Shown piece by piece: positions 9,252-18,304 of a DNA stretch of 64,000 bases. The stretch is from an uncultured virus (IMG/VR IMGVR_UViG_3300037743_000227) (taxonomy: Duplodnaviria; Heunggongvirae; Uroviricota; Caudoviricetes). Under the pieces are notes generated by a model. The model was not told where the DNA came from, made no database searches, and worked only from the letters and a program-made list of their open reading frames with translations. The position numbers and the translations under genes are program-made. How positions within the stretch are numbered: the first letter of the stretch is position 1; each line of letters opens with the position of its first letter. Location of the stretch: IMG/VR virus record IMGVR_UViG_3300037743_000227. The stretch is one strand, 5' to 3'.

Positions 9252-9298
9252 CCGCGCGTCCGTAAAGCCGCCAAGGCAACCGAGAGAGCGGTCAAGCC

Positions 9299-10042
9299 TC
9301 AAGACTCCAGCGGAGGCCCGCCTCGGGGCGCCTCAACGGCGCTCCTTCTCCCGGACGCCTCCGGGGCGTGTTCGCGGACGAGCTGGAGCATGCGTGAGCG
9401 GGACCGCCCGGCCCGCTTGTAGAGGTCGGTCAGGTGCTTGCTGCCGACACTTCCGACAACACGGGAGATCCGCGGCTGGGGCTCGTGCCACAGGTGCCAC
9501 AAGATGCCCCTCAGACGCCGGTGACGGCCGACCAGCGTGTCGGCGGCCCTACCGAAGGACGAATCCTCGCCGCCCCAGCCCTTGAAGCGCGGGTCGAAAC
9601 CGCCGCACGCCTCCCAGTTGCGGCGCGTGATGACGATCAGGCCACCGCCGGGGACGCCGCGGTAGGCGCCCCGGACCTGTGCGAGGTCCCCGCGCTGCCC
9701 GGTCATGAAGGAGTCCGTGGCGTCCCGGGTGAGGCGTCGCACTTCGCGGTGGGGCACGACCCAGGGGATGCTGCGGTTCACGTCCCGGACGGCCCGGTGC
9801 AGCGTGCCGGGAGCGGGGTCGAGCCAGATATCGGCGTCGGCGATGATCAGGATGCGGGCGGTGCAGCCGCCCAGGGCCGTTGCGGTGGCGTGGGCCTTGA
9901 TCCAGGTGCCTTCGGTGTGCAGGCCGATATAAACGGGCCAGTCGGGGTAGTGGGTCTGCCACTGCTGGCGAAGCCACGCCCAGTGGCGGTCGCGGGAGGC
10001 ACCGTCGGGGCGGAAGGGGACGATCACCGCGACATCGCTCAA
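9299..10042 (-). CDS. Glycosyltransferase, GT2/GT7-like GT-A fold
   Basis: TTG start after GGAGG, overlapping the upstream TGA; VAVIVPFR, IIADADI (DxD), GGFDPRFKGWGGED, LWHLWH. Confidence 0.88.
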   Translation of the reverse strand: MSDVAVIVPFRPDGASRDRHWAWLRQQWQTHYPDWPVYIGLHTEGTWIKAHATATALGGCTARILIIADADIWLDPAPGTLHRAVRDVNRSIPWVVPHREVRRLTRDATDSFMTGQRGDLAQVRGAYRGVPGGGLIVITRRNWEACGGFDPRFKGWGGEDSSFGRAADTLVGRHRRLRGILWHLWHEPQPRISRVVGSVGSKHLTDLYKRAGRSRSRMLQLVREHAPEASGRRSAVEAPRGGPPLES

Positions 10043-10677
10043 GGCAGGGCCTCCACGAGCTGCTTTTGTATCTGGTCGATGGGGCGGTCGACCGCCGAGA
10101 TGTGGTCGATCCATTTGAAGTCGCCGCCGCCCACCCGGGGGTGGGGCAGGCGCATGGCGGGGATGCCGTATGACTGGGCGGCGATCAGGCCGTGCAGGGA
10201 GCTGGAGGCGATGGCCGAGCAGGAGCCGATGGCGGCGATGACGGCGTCGACGGGCTGGCGGACATCGATGACGAGGTCTGCCTCCGGCCACGTGCGGGTG
10301 TCCACGTAGTGCGGTACGACGCCGAGACGGTGCCGGACTTTCGGGCGGTCCCACAAGGCGGAGACCAGCAGACCAGGGTCGCCAAGCGGTACGCCGTCGA
10401 TGCCGAGGCGGGCAGCGGTGTTGCGGCCGCGCAGCGCCAGCACCCGCTTCGGCTTTACCGGGAGTCGGCCGGGGCGCATCATGCCCGAGCCCCATACCGC
10501 CGTGGCGGGGTTGGTGAGCATGTGGAGGATGGAGCCGCACGCGACCAGCTCGGCGTCGCCGACCGGCACTCGACGCACCCGACGGCCGAGGCGGGCGAGG
10601 ATCGCGGGGCCGAGTTCGTCGCCGAAGTTGGTGAAGCCCTTCGGACGCCACCACCACATGCCGAGGCTGCTGTTCAC
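10039..10677 (-). CDS. Polysaccharide pyruvyl transferase family protein
   Basis: NFGDEL, CGSIL, VWGSG, ALRGRNT, LGDPGLL, GVVPHY, SSSLHGLIAAQSYGIP. Confidence 0.88.
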   Translation of the reverse strand: MNSSLGMWWWRPKGFTNFGDELGPAILARLGRRVRRVPVGDAELVACGSILHMLTNPATAVWGSGMMRPGRLPVKPKRVLALRGRNTAARLGIDGVPLGDPGLLVSALWDRPKVRHRLGVVPHYVDTRTWPEADLVIDVRQPVDAVIAAIGSCSAIASSSLHGLIAAQSYGIPAMRLPHPRVGGGDFKWIDHISAVDRPIDQIQKQLVEALP

Positions 10678-11447
10678 GGGTGGGGCACCAGCTTCCGCCG
10701 GCCGAACTCGGCGCGGGTCATGCCCTTGGAGGGTGCCCAGCCGGTGACCTCGACGGTGCGGACCGGCTCGACGTCGCGGAGGTCCTGGGCGAGCCACTCC
10801 GGGGGCGTGCCGCCGAACATCGCGTCCAGGGCGCGGGTGGTGAGGAGCTGGTCCCACACCAGGTGCGCCCGGTCCTCGCTGCCGTTGTTCTCCGCGCCGT
10901 GCACACAACCATTCCCGAAGAACCACACCGCCCCGGCCGTGAAGTGGAGCAGGTGGCCATCGGCGAGCATCAGCGCGTCCGGATTCGTGACCAGCGGCAG
11001 ATGGAACCGGGCCCGCAGAGCCACACAGTCTGATCCGACGGGGCGCGGCAGGTGCTCCTCGTGCGGCGACAGCGCCGCGCCGGGCGAGATGACGTTGAGC
11101 CGCAGGTTCACCAGGTCCGGCAGCCCGCCGGCCAGGCGCACGATGCCGGGCAGCGGCAGGGGGCGCTTGCGGGCGAGGTGCTGACCGTAGGTGAAATCGT
11201 CGCTGGTGTCGTCGGTGCGGCCGTGCCGGTTGAACAGCGACCACTGCCGCACCTGCCCCTTGGGTCGCGTCCAGCCCGTCACATGTTGCCCGGCCTTGAC
11301 CACCGACGGCGGATACTCCCCAATGAGCGTGGCCAGGTCGACGCGGAGCAGCTCCATCAGGTCCGGGTCCGCCGCGCCCAGATGCAGCGCCCGCAAGCCG
11401 TCCGGCTCATGGAAGTTGCCCGCCGCAATGCGTTCGAGGATCGTCAC
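10674..11447 (-). CDS. Aspartyl/asparaginyl beta-hydroxylase-like 2OG-Fe(II) oxygenase
   Basis: LRLNVISPGAALSPHEE (HxE), RFHLPLVTN, VHGAENNGSEDRAHLVWD. Confidence 0.8.
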   Translation of the reverse strand: MTILERIAAGNFHEPDGLRALHLGAADPDLMELLRVDLATLIGEYPPSVVKAGQHVTGWTRPKGQVRQWSLFNRHGRTDDTSDDFTYGQHLARKRPLPLPGIVRLAGGLPDLVNLRLNVISPGAALSPHEEHLPRPVGSDCVALRARFHLPLVTNPDALMLADGHLLHFTAGAVWFFGNGCVHGAENNGSEDRAHLVWDQLLTTRALDAMFGGTPPEWLAQDLRDVEPVRTVEVTGWAPSKGMTRAEFGRRKLVPHP

Positions 11448-12061
11448 TCGGTCACCGCCAGGCGGCTGACAGCGAGCCGTCCGCCCTCGATGACCGGCTC
11501 CGTCAGCACCCCGGCCTCCACGAACGCGGTGACGGCGGCACGGACACCGGACCACGCCTTGCGGTAGTCGTCGAAGGCCAGCACCGCGCCGGGCGTCAGG
11601 TGCGGCAGCCATGCCTCGACGTCGGCCCGCACGCCGTTCTCGGAGTGGTCCCCGTCGATGTGCATCAGCCCCACCGGCGGGCCGTCCCAGCGCTTCCCCA
11701 CGGCGGCGGAGAAGTCCTGCACGAGGGTGACCTGGTCGGCGAGGCCGAGGTCTTGGGCGTGCTGGTGGGCGTCGAGGCGGGTCTGCGGGTCCTGCGCAGC
11801 CTGGTTCTTGGATGAGCGCGGCCGGTCGATGTGGGTGTCCCACAGGTCCACGCCCCACACATGGGCTCCGTGGCCCGCGCGGGCTCCAGCCGCCATCCAG
11901 CACAATGTCCGCCCGCGGTACACGCCGAGTTCCACGATGGCCTGGGACGCGGGGACGGCTCGGGCGTAGCGGTAGAGGACCCGGCAGGCTTTGGGCCACA
12001 TCAGGCCAGGCACGGCGTCCAGCGCCGCGAGTTCCTCGTCCGGGATATGGGTGGTGGGCAT
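11444..12061 (-). CDS. Class I SAM-dependent methyltransferase (Methyltransf_24-like)
   Basis: IVELGVYRGRT, VWGVDLW, MHIDGDHS, LTPGAVLAFDDY. Confidence 0.88.
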   Translation of the reverse strand: MPTTHIPDEELAALDAVPGLMWPKACRVLYRYARAVPASQAIVELGVYRGRTLCWMAAGARAGHGAHVWGVDLWDTHIDRPRSSKNQAAQDPQTRLDAHQHAQDLGLADQVTLVQDFSAAVGKRWDGPPVGLMHIDGDHSENGVRADVEAWLPHLTPGAVLAFDDYRKAWSGVRAAVTAFVEAGVLTEPVIEGGRLAVSRLAVTE

Positions 12062-12669
12062 CAGTAGCGGCCTTTCGTCGTGCCCCAGTGGTGGGTGCCG
12101 TACACGGGTCCGTCGTAGGCCGGTGCGCGGCGGCCGTCGATGCGGACGGGGAGGAACGTTGCGGCGGGCAGCAGTTGCACGCCGTGCGGGTGCTGGTGGA
12201 TGACCTCGGTGAGGAGCAGTGCCCCGGTCTTCTTCCAGGAGGGGTGCAGTTCGGTGACTGAGCTGAGGGCGTCCTGGTAGGCGGCCATGGTGGGGTGCTG
12301 TGGTGTGCATCCCATGACGGCGTTGCTGACGCGGCCGTTGGCGGTGTTCGGGGTGTAGGGCACGAACATGCCCGCCTGCATGAACGGTGCGTCGCCGAGC
12401 GGCTGGAGGCATTCGGTGTCGGCGTCGATGTACACCCCGCCGAACTTCAGCAGGATTTCGACGCGTGCGATGTTCGCTGCGCCGCACCAGCGGCCGTCTG
12501 CCCGGTACCGGTCGTACAGGTGACGGTGAGCCAGACCCAGCTCGTCGAGTGCTGGCTCGTCCCACATCCGGTACTCCCATCCGGGGTGGGCGCGGCGCCA
12601 GGTGTCGGTCCAATGCTGCGGGGGCGGCTTGGGGCCGATCCAGATCTGGTGGATGGTCTGGGGAATCAT
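12061..12669 (-). CDS. Glycosyltransferase family 32 (DxD sugar-binding)
   Basis: MIPQTIHQIWIG, HPGWEYRMW, ARVEILLKFGGVYIDADT, KTGA, HHWG. Confidence 0.9.
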   Translation of the reverse strand: MIPQTIHQIWIGPKPPPQHWTDTWRRAHPGWEYRMWDEPALDELGLAHRHLYDRYRADGRWCGAANIARVEILLKFGGVYIDADTECLQPLGDAPFMQAGMFVPYTPNTANGRVSNAVMGCTPQHPTMAAYQDALSSVTELHPSWKKTGALLLTEVIHQHPHGVQLLPAATFLPVRIDGRRAPAYDGPVYGTHHWGTTKGRY

Positions 12670-12682
12670 CGTCAGTGCTCTT

Positions 12683-13240
12683 TCACAGGAGGCGGCTGTA
12701 CAGCAGCCGGGTCTGGGTGGGTCCGCCGCGGAGGATGGTCTCCTCGGTGACGCTTCGGTTGGCGCCGAATCGCCAGACCACGTCTCCGTCGGTGCCGCCG
12801 ATCGTGATCGTGCCCCGGTCGTAGGCGGAGTGGAAGTTGGTGGGAGGTGAGGCGGCGTCGGTGCCGCCGCAGATTTGCAGGGTGGCTGTCGCGGGCCGTC
12901 GCATGATGACGGCGTTACCGGTGTTGAGGCCGGTGCCGGGAGTGCGAGGAAAGCTGGTGGTGAAACGGTTGACGGCGCTACCGGACGGTACGGACCAGTT
13001 GCAGACGAGGGCAGACCCGACGTCTGGGCCGTCGGTCTCCCGCACCGCCGAGTAGGCGATGCGCAGGTCGTATTCGTAGATCGCTCCGGCTTCGGCCGGG
13101 ATGACGATGTCGCTGTCCAGCATGGTGGTGCTGTTGGTGATGGTGACGTCCTCGGACTGCTCCACCAAGATGAGGTTGCGGGCGTTCAGGGTGTTCGCGA
13201 GGAGCCGCTGCCCGGCCCGGATGCGTGGGAATGCCGCCAT
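12683..13240 (-). CDS. Minor tail protein
   Basis: AAGGAG RBS; N-terminal IRAGQRLLANTLN typical of actinophage minor tail proteins; follows the large tail gene. Confidence 0.7.
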   Translation of the reverse strand: MAAFPRIRAGQRLLANTLNARNLILVEQSEDVTITNSTTMLDSDIVIPAEAGAIYEYDLRIAYSAVRETDGPDVGSALVCNWSVPSGSAVNRFTTSFPRTPGTGLNTGNAVIMRRPATATLQICGGTDAASPPTNFHSAYDRGTITIGGTDGDVVWRFGANRSVTEETILRGGPTQTRLLYSRLL

Positions 13241-13249
13241 AACCGCTCC

Positions 13250-16200
13250 TTACAGGGGCACGATGGGTGGTCGGGCGAGCCGTGTATCCGTGCCCGCGCC
13301 GTGGTCGATCTGGACGCCGTTGATGCCGCGCTCCACCGTGGCTTCCTGTGGGGTCACCAACTGGTATTCGGCGAAGTGCAACTCAGGGTTGGTGTTGGTG
13401 TTGCCTCCGAAGGCGGACGCGGCGAGCCCGATCGCGCCGGAATCGATGGTGCCCTCAGTGGTGACCGTCTGGTCGTTGTGCCAGATCGTGACGGGCTCAA
13501 TCCGGTCCACGGGCCACACCCGCATCAGCACCCGGTGCCCGATCAGCCGTACCCGCACCCAGAATTCGTCATCCGCGGTGTACGTCCACGGCAGCGTGAC
13601 CGTGCTGCCGATCTGCGTGGTGTTGCGCGTGACGCTCGTGAACATGTTGCCGCTGGTGCCGAAGTGGACCCGGGCCCGGTAGTAGTCCCCCGATGCCCGC
13701 AGGAGCACAGCAGACAGCAGCGAATCCCCAGTGGCGACCTGGTCCACCCACACGCGGGTCAGGACCTCGACGTCTTCCAGGTCCTCAACGACGAACTGGA
13801 ACCGGATCGTGGAAGGGGCCGACTGCAAGGTTACGACGCCTGATTCGCCGTCCACGGACCGGTCGGAGGCGTCCCCGCCGGCGGCTGTGTCCCAGGCGTG
13901 GCCCGAGTCGGAGGCGCCCCAGCCGTCTGTCTCGGTGCGCGCGAACACATCCCATACCAGGGGCTCCATGCTGGCCACGCGCACCACTTCGCCGGAGGAT
14001 CCGCCGCGCGGTGACAGGCGCAGGTCGAAGGGCACTTCCTGCGGCTCCGACCACTCTTCGACCGGCCGCAGCCATACCTCGTCGGCGAACAGCACATCGG
14101 TGGGCGGCGGGAAGTCAGGGACGGTCGGGGCCAGGTTCGCGTTTTCGGCACCGGCCGGGGCCTCCGCGGTGACCTCGAACCACGTCCAGGTGTCGGCCTG
14201 AATCGTCTTGTCGTTGGTGCTCACATCCAGGAAGTTGAAAGCGCCGTCAAACCAGTTCAGGTTCAGGCTGACGCGCCGGGTGGTGGCACAGCGCAGCCAT
14301 CCGTTCAGGACATACGTGCGGCCCTCTGTCACCGGGACCATGTCCGACCCCGCGTTAGGGAATTCTTCCACTCCATCAGGGGTGATCTGCAGCGACCACG
14401 CCCCGCCGAACTGCGCACCCTCAGGCGTGAGGACCCGTTCGATCTCGGCACCGTTCCCCACCCAGCCGGACAGGTCCGTCTCGAAGTCTCCGTTGCTGCT
14501 GATGGGCTGGGCGGAGCCGACCCATTCCGCAGAGAAGAAAGTCACCGGCTGGCGCGTATGGACCACGAGGTCCGTGTCGTCCTCGTCGACGTCGTACACC
14601 AGGACACTTCCCGCAGTGTCGGCCCGGTCCGGGAGGTCCGGCCCGGACACGACCATGGAGAACACCACGTCGTCGATGAACGCCGCGTCGGCGCCGTCCG
14701 ACACCGCCGCGTCTTTCTCGTACCGGAAGGTGACCGTGGACGCTGTGGTGACGTCGAGGTCGCCGGAGTGCTGCCAGTCCACATCCCCCGACACCGTCAG
14801 CACCTCGACATCGCCGACGAAGACCCGGAAGAAGTCGAAGCCCTCCTCGCTGTCGACCTTGTACCAGAAAGACAGGGCGACGGCCTGGTCCGGCACTTCG
14901 ACGATCGCGTCGGACGTCTGATCGTCGAGGATCTCGCCTGACCGGAAGGACCAGTCACCGAACCGCGCCTCCGTGTTGGTGCGGACCCATGGCTCGTCTC
15001 CGCCGTCAGTGATGGCGATGGACCGGTCGGCGTCCTCGAAATCGTCGGACAGCAGCGTCCCGGTCTGCGTGACGTGAGCGATCGTCCAGGGTGAGGCAGG
15101 TGAGCAGGTCAAGGTGACCTCCCACAGAAAAGCGTTCAGCCGCTCCTCATAGCCCTCGACGATCAGGTCGATATCGTCGGCAGGCAGCCAGTCGGGCGGG
15201 TTGATGATGCGGATCAGGTCGCCCTCGCGGACCCGCATCACGTCCTCGATGAGATCCCGCATCCGCTCGTTGCCCAGCTTGAGGGTGATGCGCGGGTAGC
15301 GCAGCTCATCGACCGTGCCCAAGTGCAGCCGCCACCCGGCCTGATCGGGTAGTTGGTCGTCGTCGGCGACGTTGATGGTGGGCGTCGAAGGGTAGCGGCC
15401 GACCCCGTCCGGGTCCTGCTCCGGGTTTTGGGTGTTGAGCTGCCCGGTCTCCTGGATGGCCTCGGCGAACGAGCCGCCTTTCCGGGTGACTGTGACGGCG
15501 TTGCGGGTGCGCTGGTCGTCATCGGTGGGGTCGATGGGCGGGAAGATCTCACCATTCGCGTAGTCCAGCACCAGGACGGGCTCCTGGTTGTAGAGGGTCT
15601 CGCGTGCCCGCATCGCCACTGCGACGGCCTCACGCTGCTCCCCGAGGAGTGCCAGATCCGCCTCTGCGGGCTCACGTAGCAGCTCCGCGAAGTCACCGGA
15701 CGACTGCGACCCCATAGGCGTCTGAGCAGCACCGGTGATCAGGCTGGGAATGCCCTCCTCGACCAGGAGGCGGCGCGTCCGCTCACGGGCCGACTCGCCT
15801 TCAAAGCCCAACGTGGCGTGCAGGCCGGTCAGGGCGTTGGAGTAGGCGCCGGAGCCGCCGGCATTGCCCCACGCCGACAGGTGCCCGAAGCGCATGCCGG
15901 CCAGGTCCTGCCCGAAGGTGGTGGAGATCCGCCTGAAGTGCCCGGCGGCGCCGGCGAACGTGTTGCCGTTGTCGTGGCCCGCCGAGCCGTCCAGAGTGCG
16001 CCACCCGAACTCCCAGTCCACGTTCGCGCCGTCCTGGAACACGCTGACGAAGAAGACCCGCCAGTCGTCGAGCATCGTGGGTTCCCCGACGCTCAGTGCG
16101 CCGTCCCGTGAGGCGATCTCGGTACCCAACTGGACGCCGTCGCTGTCGAACACGCGCAGCCGCAGCCGTGGGTTGTCGGACACCGTGGACGCCGAGACGA

Positions 16201-18304
16201 TCCACTCCGAGGCGGTGCCCGTCGTGAAGAAGCGGAGCAGTTGCTGCTCCTCGGTGCCCTCCGGGAAGTCGTCGGTGGGCATCCGGAGCAGCATCATCAC
16301 CGACCACGCCTCGGTGTCCACCGCGGGCACGGTGGCCCCCCGCATGAATGGGGCGTCGCCGAACTGTGCGGTGCCGGCGCCGGTCGACTCCAGCACCATC
16401 GGCAGCGGGTCCGAGCCGGGGACGTCGCCGTCCTCGCCGAATTTGAAACCGCCGATGCGCAGCGACTGGCCGCCCGCCACCGCGGTCACAGCGCGCCGTG
16501 CGCCCGTCGTGCCCGTCTCCTCGAAGCTCCAGTACGCCACCGGGAACAGTGAGGGGATGTAGCGGCGCAGCAGGGAGCGGATGGGGTAGTCGCCCTGGTT
16601 GAGGCGCCGCAGGATGCCCTGGGCGTCGACAGGCACCCATACGTCAGTGTCTGAGATGTCCCAGCGGGCGGGCCACTCGGAGATCTCTCCGGCGTCACGG
16701 ATCGTGTCGTCCAGGCCGGTTGGCTCACGCACGGACAGGTCACCGAAGTGCACGGTGACCGGGACATCGGTGTGGGAGGCGTTGATCTGCGCGAAGCACG
16801 CGATCTCACCGGACTGGGTGACGAGGTCGGTGTGGGCCTGGCTGTGCCACACCGCGGGCTCCTGCTCCCCGTCGGCCCACACCCGCATCCGCACTTCGGG
16901 CCCTTCGACCTGGATGCGGATCCGCAGCGGCTCGTCAACGGCGTAGACCAGGTTGGGCACGACGGTGCCCTGCGCGATGTCGGTCTGTACCCCGTCGACG
17001 ACTGCGATGATAGAGGTGGCGACGCGCAGCCCTTGACCGTCCGGCAGCCCGGAGTCACCCGCGAACCACACGAGGCAGCCGAGGAAGGTGTCGGATACGG
17101 GGTCGACGCGGACGAAGAGGCCGCCGAAGACTGCGGCGAGGCCGAAGCGGGTCAGGGTGCGCTGGTCGGTCGCCACGGTGAAGGTGGCGTCCACGTCCTC
17201 AAGGTCGACGCCTGTGGTGCGGATGGCCCGGATCTCGCTGGTGGTGGGCATCGACATGCGTCCGGTGCCGCCGGTGACCGAGTAGTCGGCGGCAGGGGTG
17301 GCGCCCGCGAAGTCGTAGATGACCCAGTCCTGGCCGGTGTCTGCGGCGCCCCAGCCGTCCGATTCGGTGCGGTTGAACGTGTCGACGACTGTTGGGGCAG
17401 GTTCGGTCACGGTGATCGCCTCGACGTTGTCGAAGCGCAGCTCCGGGGCTGTGTTGGTGTTGCCGGTGTTGCTGAATGACCGGGTGCCCACGTTGGCGGC
17501 GGCCGTCAGATCCTCGTCGATGGCCTCCACATGCCACACGCTCGGCTCTGTGTCTGTGGCAGCCCATATCCGGGCCCTTAGCGTTGTGCCGTTCGCTTGG
17601 AAGCGCACCCTGTAGAAGGTTTCGGCGGTGTGCGTGAGTGTGGTGGTGAATGTGGCGAGCTGGGTTTCGACGTTCGCTACGCGTTTCCGCAGGGTCAGTA
17701 CGATGCCTGCGCTCGTTGTGAAGTCGACTCGCGTCATGTAGAAGTTGGCGTTGTTGACAGCGCGGAGGAGAGGCCCGCCGAACAGGCTGGCGCCCGTGGC
17801 CAGTTGGTCGGTTGCCACGTCTACAGACAGGTCGATGTTCGCGCTCGGTGCTGGCACCAGGGTGAGGTGTGCGATGCCCGTGGCCGGCTGGCTGACCGCC
17901 CCGTAGCCGCCGCCCACGCTGAAGTCGGCCGCTGCGCCGGTGGTGGTCCACGTCTGACCGGTGTCTGTGGTGCCCCAGCCGCCGGACACGTTGCGCGTGA
18001 ACGTGTCCACCAGCTCGGGGACGGGTGCGCCGACTTGGAGCAGGATCGGGGTGTTCTTCCCGATCTTCCCGAACAGATCGGAGCGTGGGTTCTTCGGGCT
18101 GTAGCGGCCGGACACGTCCGGGTTCACGCGGGAGCGGCCGTTGTTGAGGCGCAGCTTCAGGCTGGAGGGGTCGGCGCTGGATGCCTCGTCAGGGCGGCCG
18201 AGGGTGATGACATGGTCCTCGGTGAGCCGCGCATCCGGCGTGATCTCGTTCCACTGGCCGTCGTAGAAGAGCCAGAAGGAGATGTCCGGGGGGAACGTGG
18301 TCAC
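13250..18304 (-). CDS. Large multidomain tail-tip/baseplate protein with lectin/CBM-like domains
   Basis: Directly after the tape measure gene; GRPDEASSADPS...LNN...YSPKNPRS N-terminus; three D-x-F-x-R...GWG...D[TS]G..W repeats; NGDFETDLSGW CBM-like module. Confidence 0.85.
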   Translation of the reverse strand: MTTFPPDISFWLFYDGQWNEITPDARLTEDHVITLGRPDEASSADPSSLKLRLNNGRSRVNPDVSGRYSPKNPRSDLFGKIGKNTPILLQVGAPVPELVDTFTRNVSGGWGTTDTGQTWTTTGAAADFSVGGGYGAVSQPATGIAHLTLVPAPSANIDLSVDVATDQLATGASLFGGPLLRAVNNANFYMTRVDFTTSAGIVLTLRKRVANVETQLATFTTTLTHTAETFYRVRFQANGTTLRARIWAATDTEPSVWHVEAIDEDLTAAANVGTRSFSNTGNTNTAPELRFDNVEAITVTEPAPTVVDTFNRTESDGWGAADTGQDWVIYDFAGATPAADYSVTGGTGRMSMPTTSEIRAIRTTGVDLEDVDATFTVATDQRTLTRFGLAAVFGGLFVRVDPVSDTFLGCLVWFAGDSGLPDGQGLRVATSIIAVVDGVQTDIAQGTVVPNLVYAVDEPLRIRIQVEGPEVRMRVWADGEQEPAVWHSQAHTDLVTQSGEIACFAQINASHTDVPVTVHFGDLSVREPTGLDDTIRDAGEISEWPARWDISDTDVWVPVDAQGILRRLNQGDYPIRSLLRRYIPSLFPVAYWSFEETGTTGARRAVTAVAGGQSLRIGGFKFGEDGDVPGSDPLPMVLESTGAGTAQFGDAPFMRGATVPAVDTEAWSVMMLLRMPTDDFPEGTEEQQLLRFFTTGTASEWIVSASTVSDNPRLRLRVFDSDGVQLGTEIASRDGALSVGEPTMLDDWRVFFVSVFQDGANVDWEFGWRTLDGSAGHDNGNTFAGAAGHFRRISTTFGQDLAGMRFGHLSAWGNAGGSGAYSNALTGLHATLGFEGESARERTRRLLVEEGIPSLITGAAQTPMGSQSSGDFAELLREPAEADLALLGEQREAVAVAMRARETLYNQEPVLVLDYANGEIFPPIDPTDDDQRTRNAVTVTRKGGSFAEAIQETGQLNTQNPEQDPDGVGRYPSTPTINVADDDQLPDQAGWRLHLGTVDELRYPRITLKLGNERMRDLIEDVMRVREGDLIRIINPPDWLPADDIDLIVEGYEERLNAFLWEVTLTCSPASPWTIAHVTQTGTLLSDDFEDADRSIAITDGGDEPWVRTNTEARFGDWSFRSGEILDDQTSDAIVEVPDQAVALSFWYKVDSEEGFDFFRVFVGDVEVLTVSGDVDWQHSGDLDVTTASTVTFRYEKDAAVSDGADAAFIDDVVFSMVVSGPDLPDRADTAGSVLVYDVDEDDTDLVVHTRQPVTFFSAEWVGSAQPISSNGDFETDLSGWVGNGAEIERVLTPEGAQFGGAWSLQITPDGVEEFPNAGSDMVPVTEGRTYVLNGWLRCATTRRVSLNLNWFDGAFNFLDVSTNDKTIQADTWTWFEVTAEAPAGAENANLAPTVPDFPPPTDVLFADEVWLRPVEEWSEPQEVPFDLRLSPRGGSSGEVVRVASMEPLVWDVFARTETDGWGASDSGHAWDTAAGGDASDRSVDGESGVVTLQSAPSTIRFQFVVEDLEDVEVLTRVWVDQVATGDSLLSAVLLRASGDYYRARVHFGTSGNMFTSVTRNTTQIGSTVTLPWTYTADDEFWVRVRLIGHRVLMRVWPVDRIEPVTIWHNDQTVTTEGTIDSGAIGLAASAFGGNTNTNPELHFAEYQLVTPQEATVERGINGVQIDHGAGTDTRLARPPIVPL

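Noticed and set aside
9299..12613. ORF-track lengths of 452, 401, 441 and 389 aa for the glycan cassette genes
   Set aside because: The N-terminal extensions overlap upstream genes; real starts fit stop/start overlaps at 10042, 10677, 11447 and 12061.
13250..18304. Diversity-generating retroelement or shufflon acting on the tail protein repeats
   Set aside because: No reverse transcriptase, no near-identical template/variable repeat pair and no inverted cassettes seen; the repeats are diverged protein modules.
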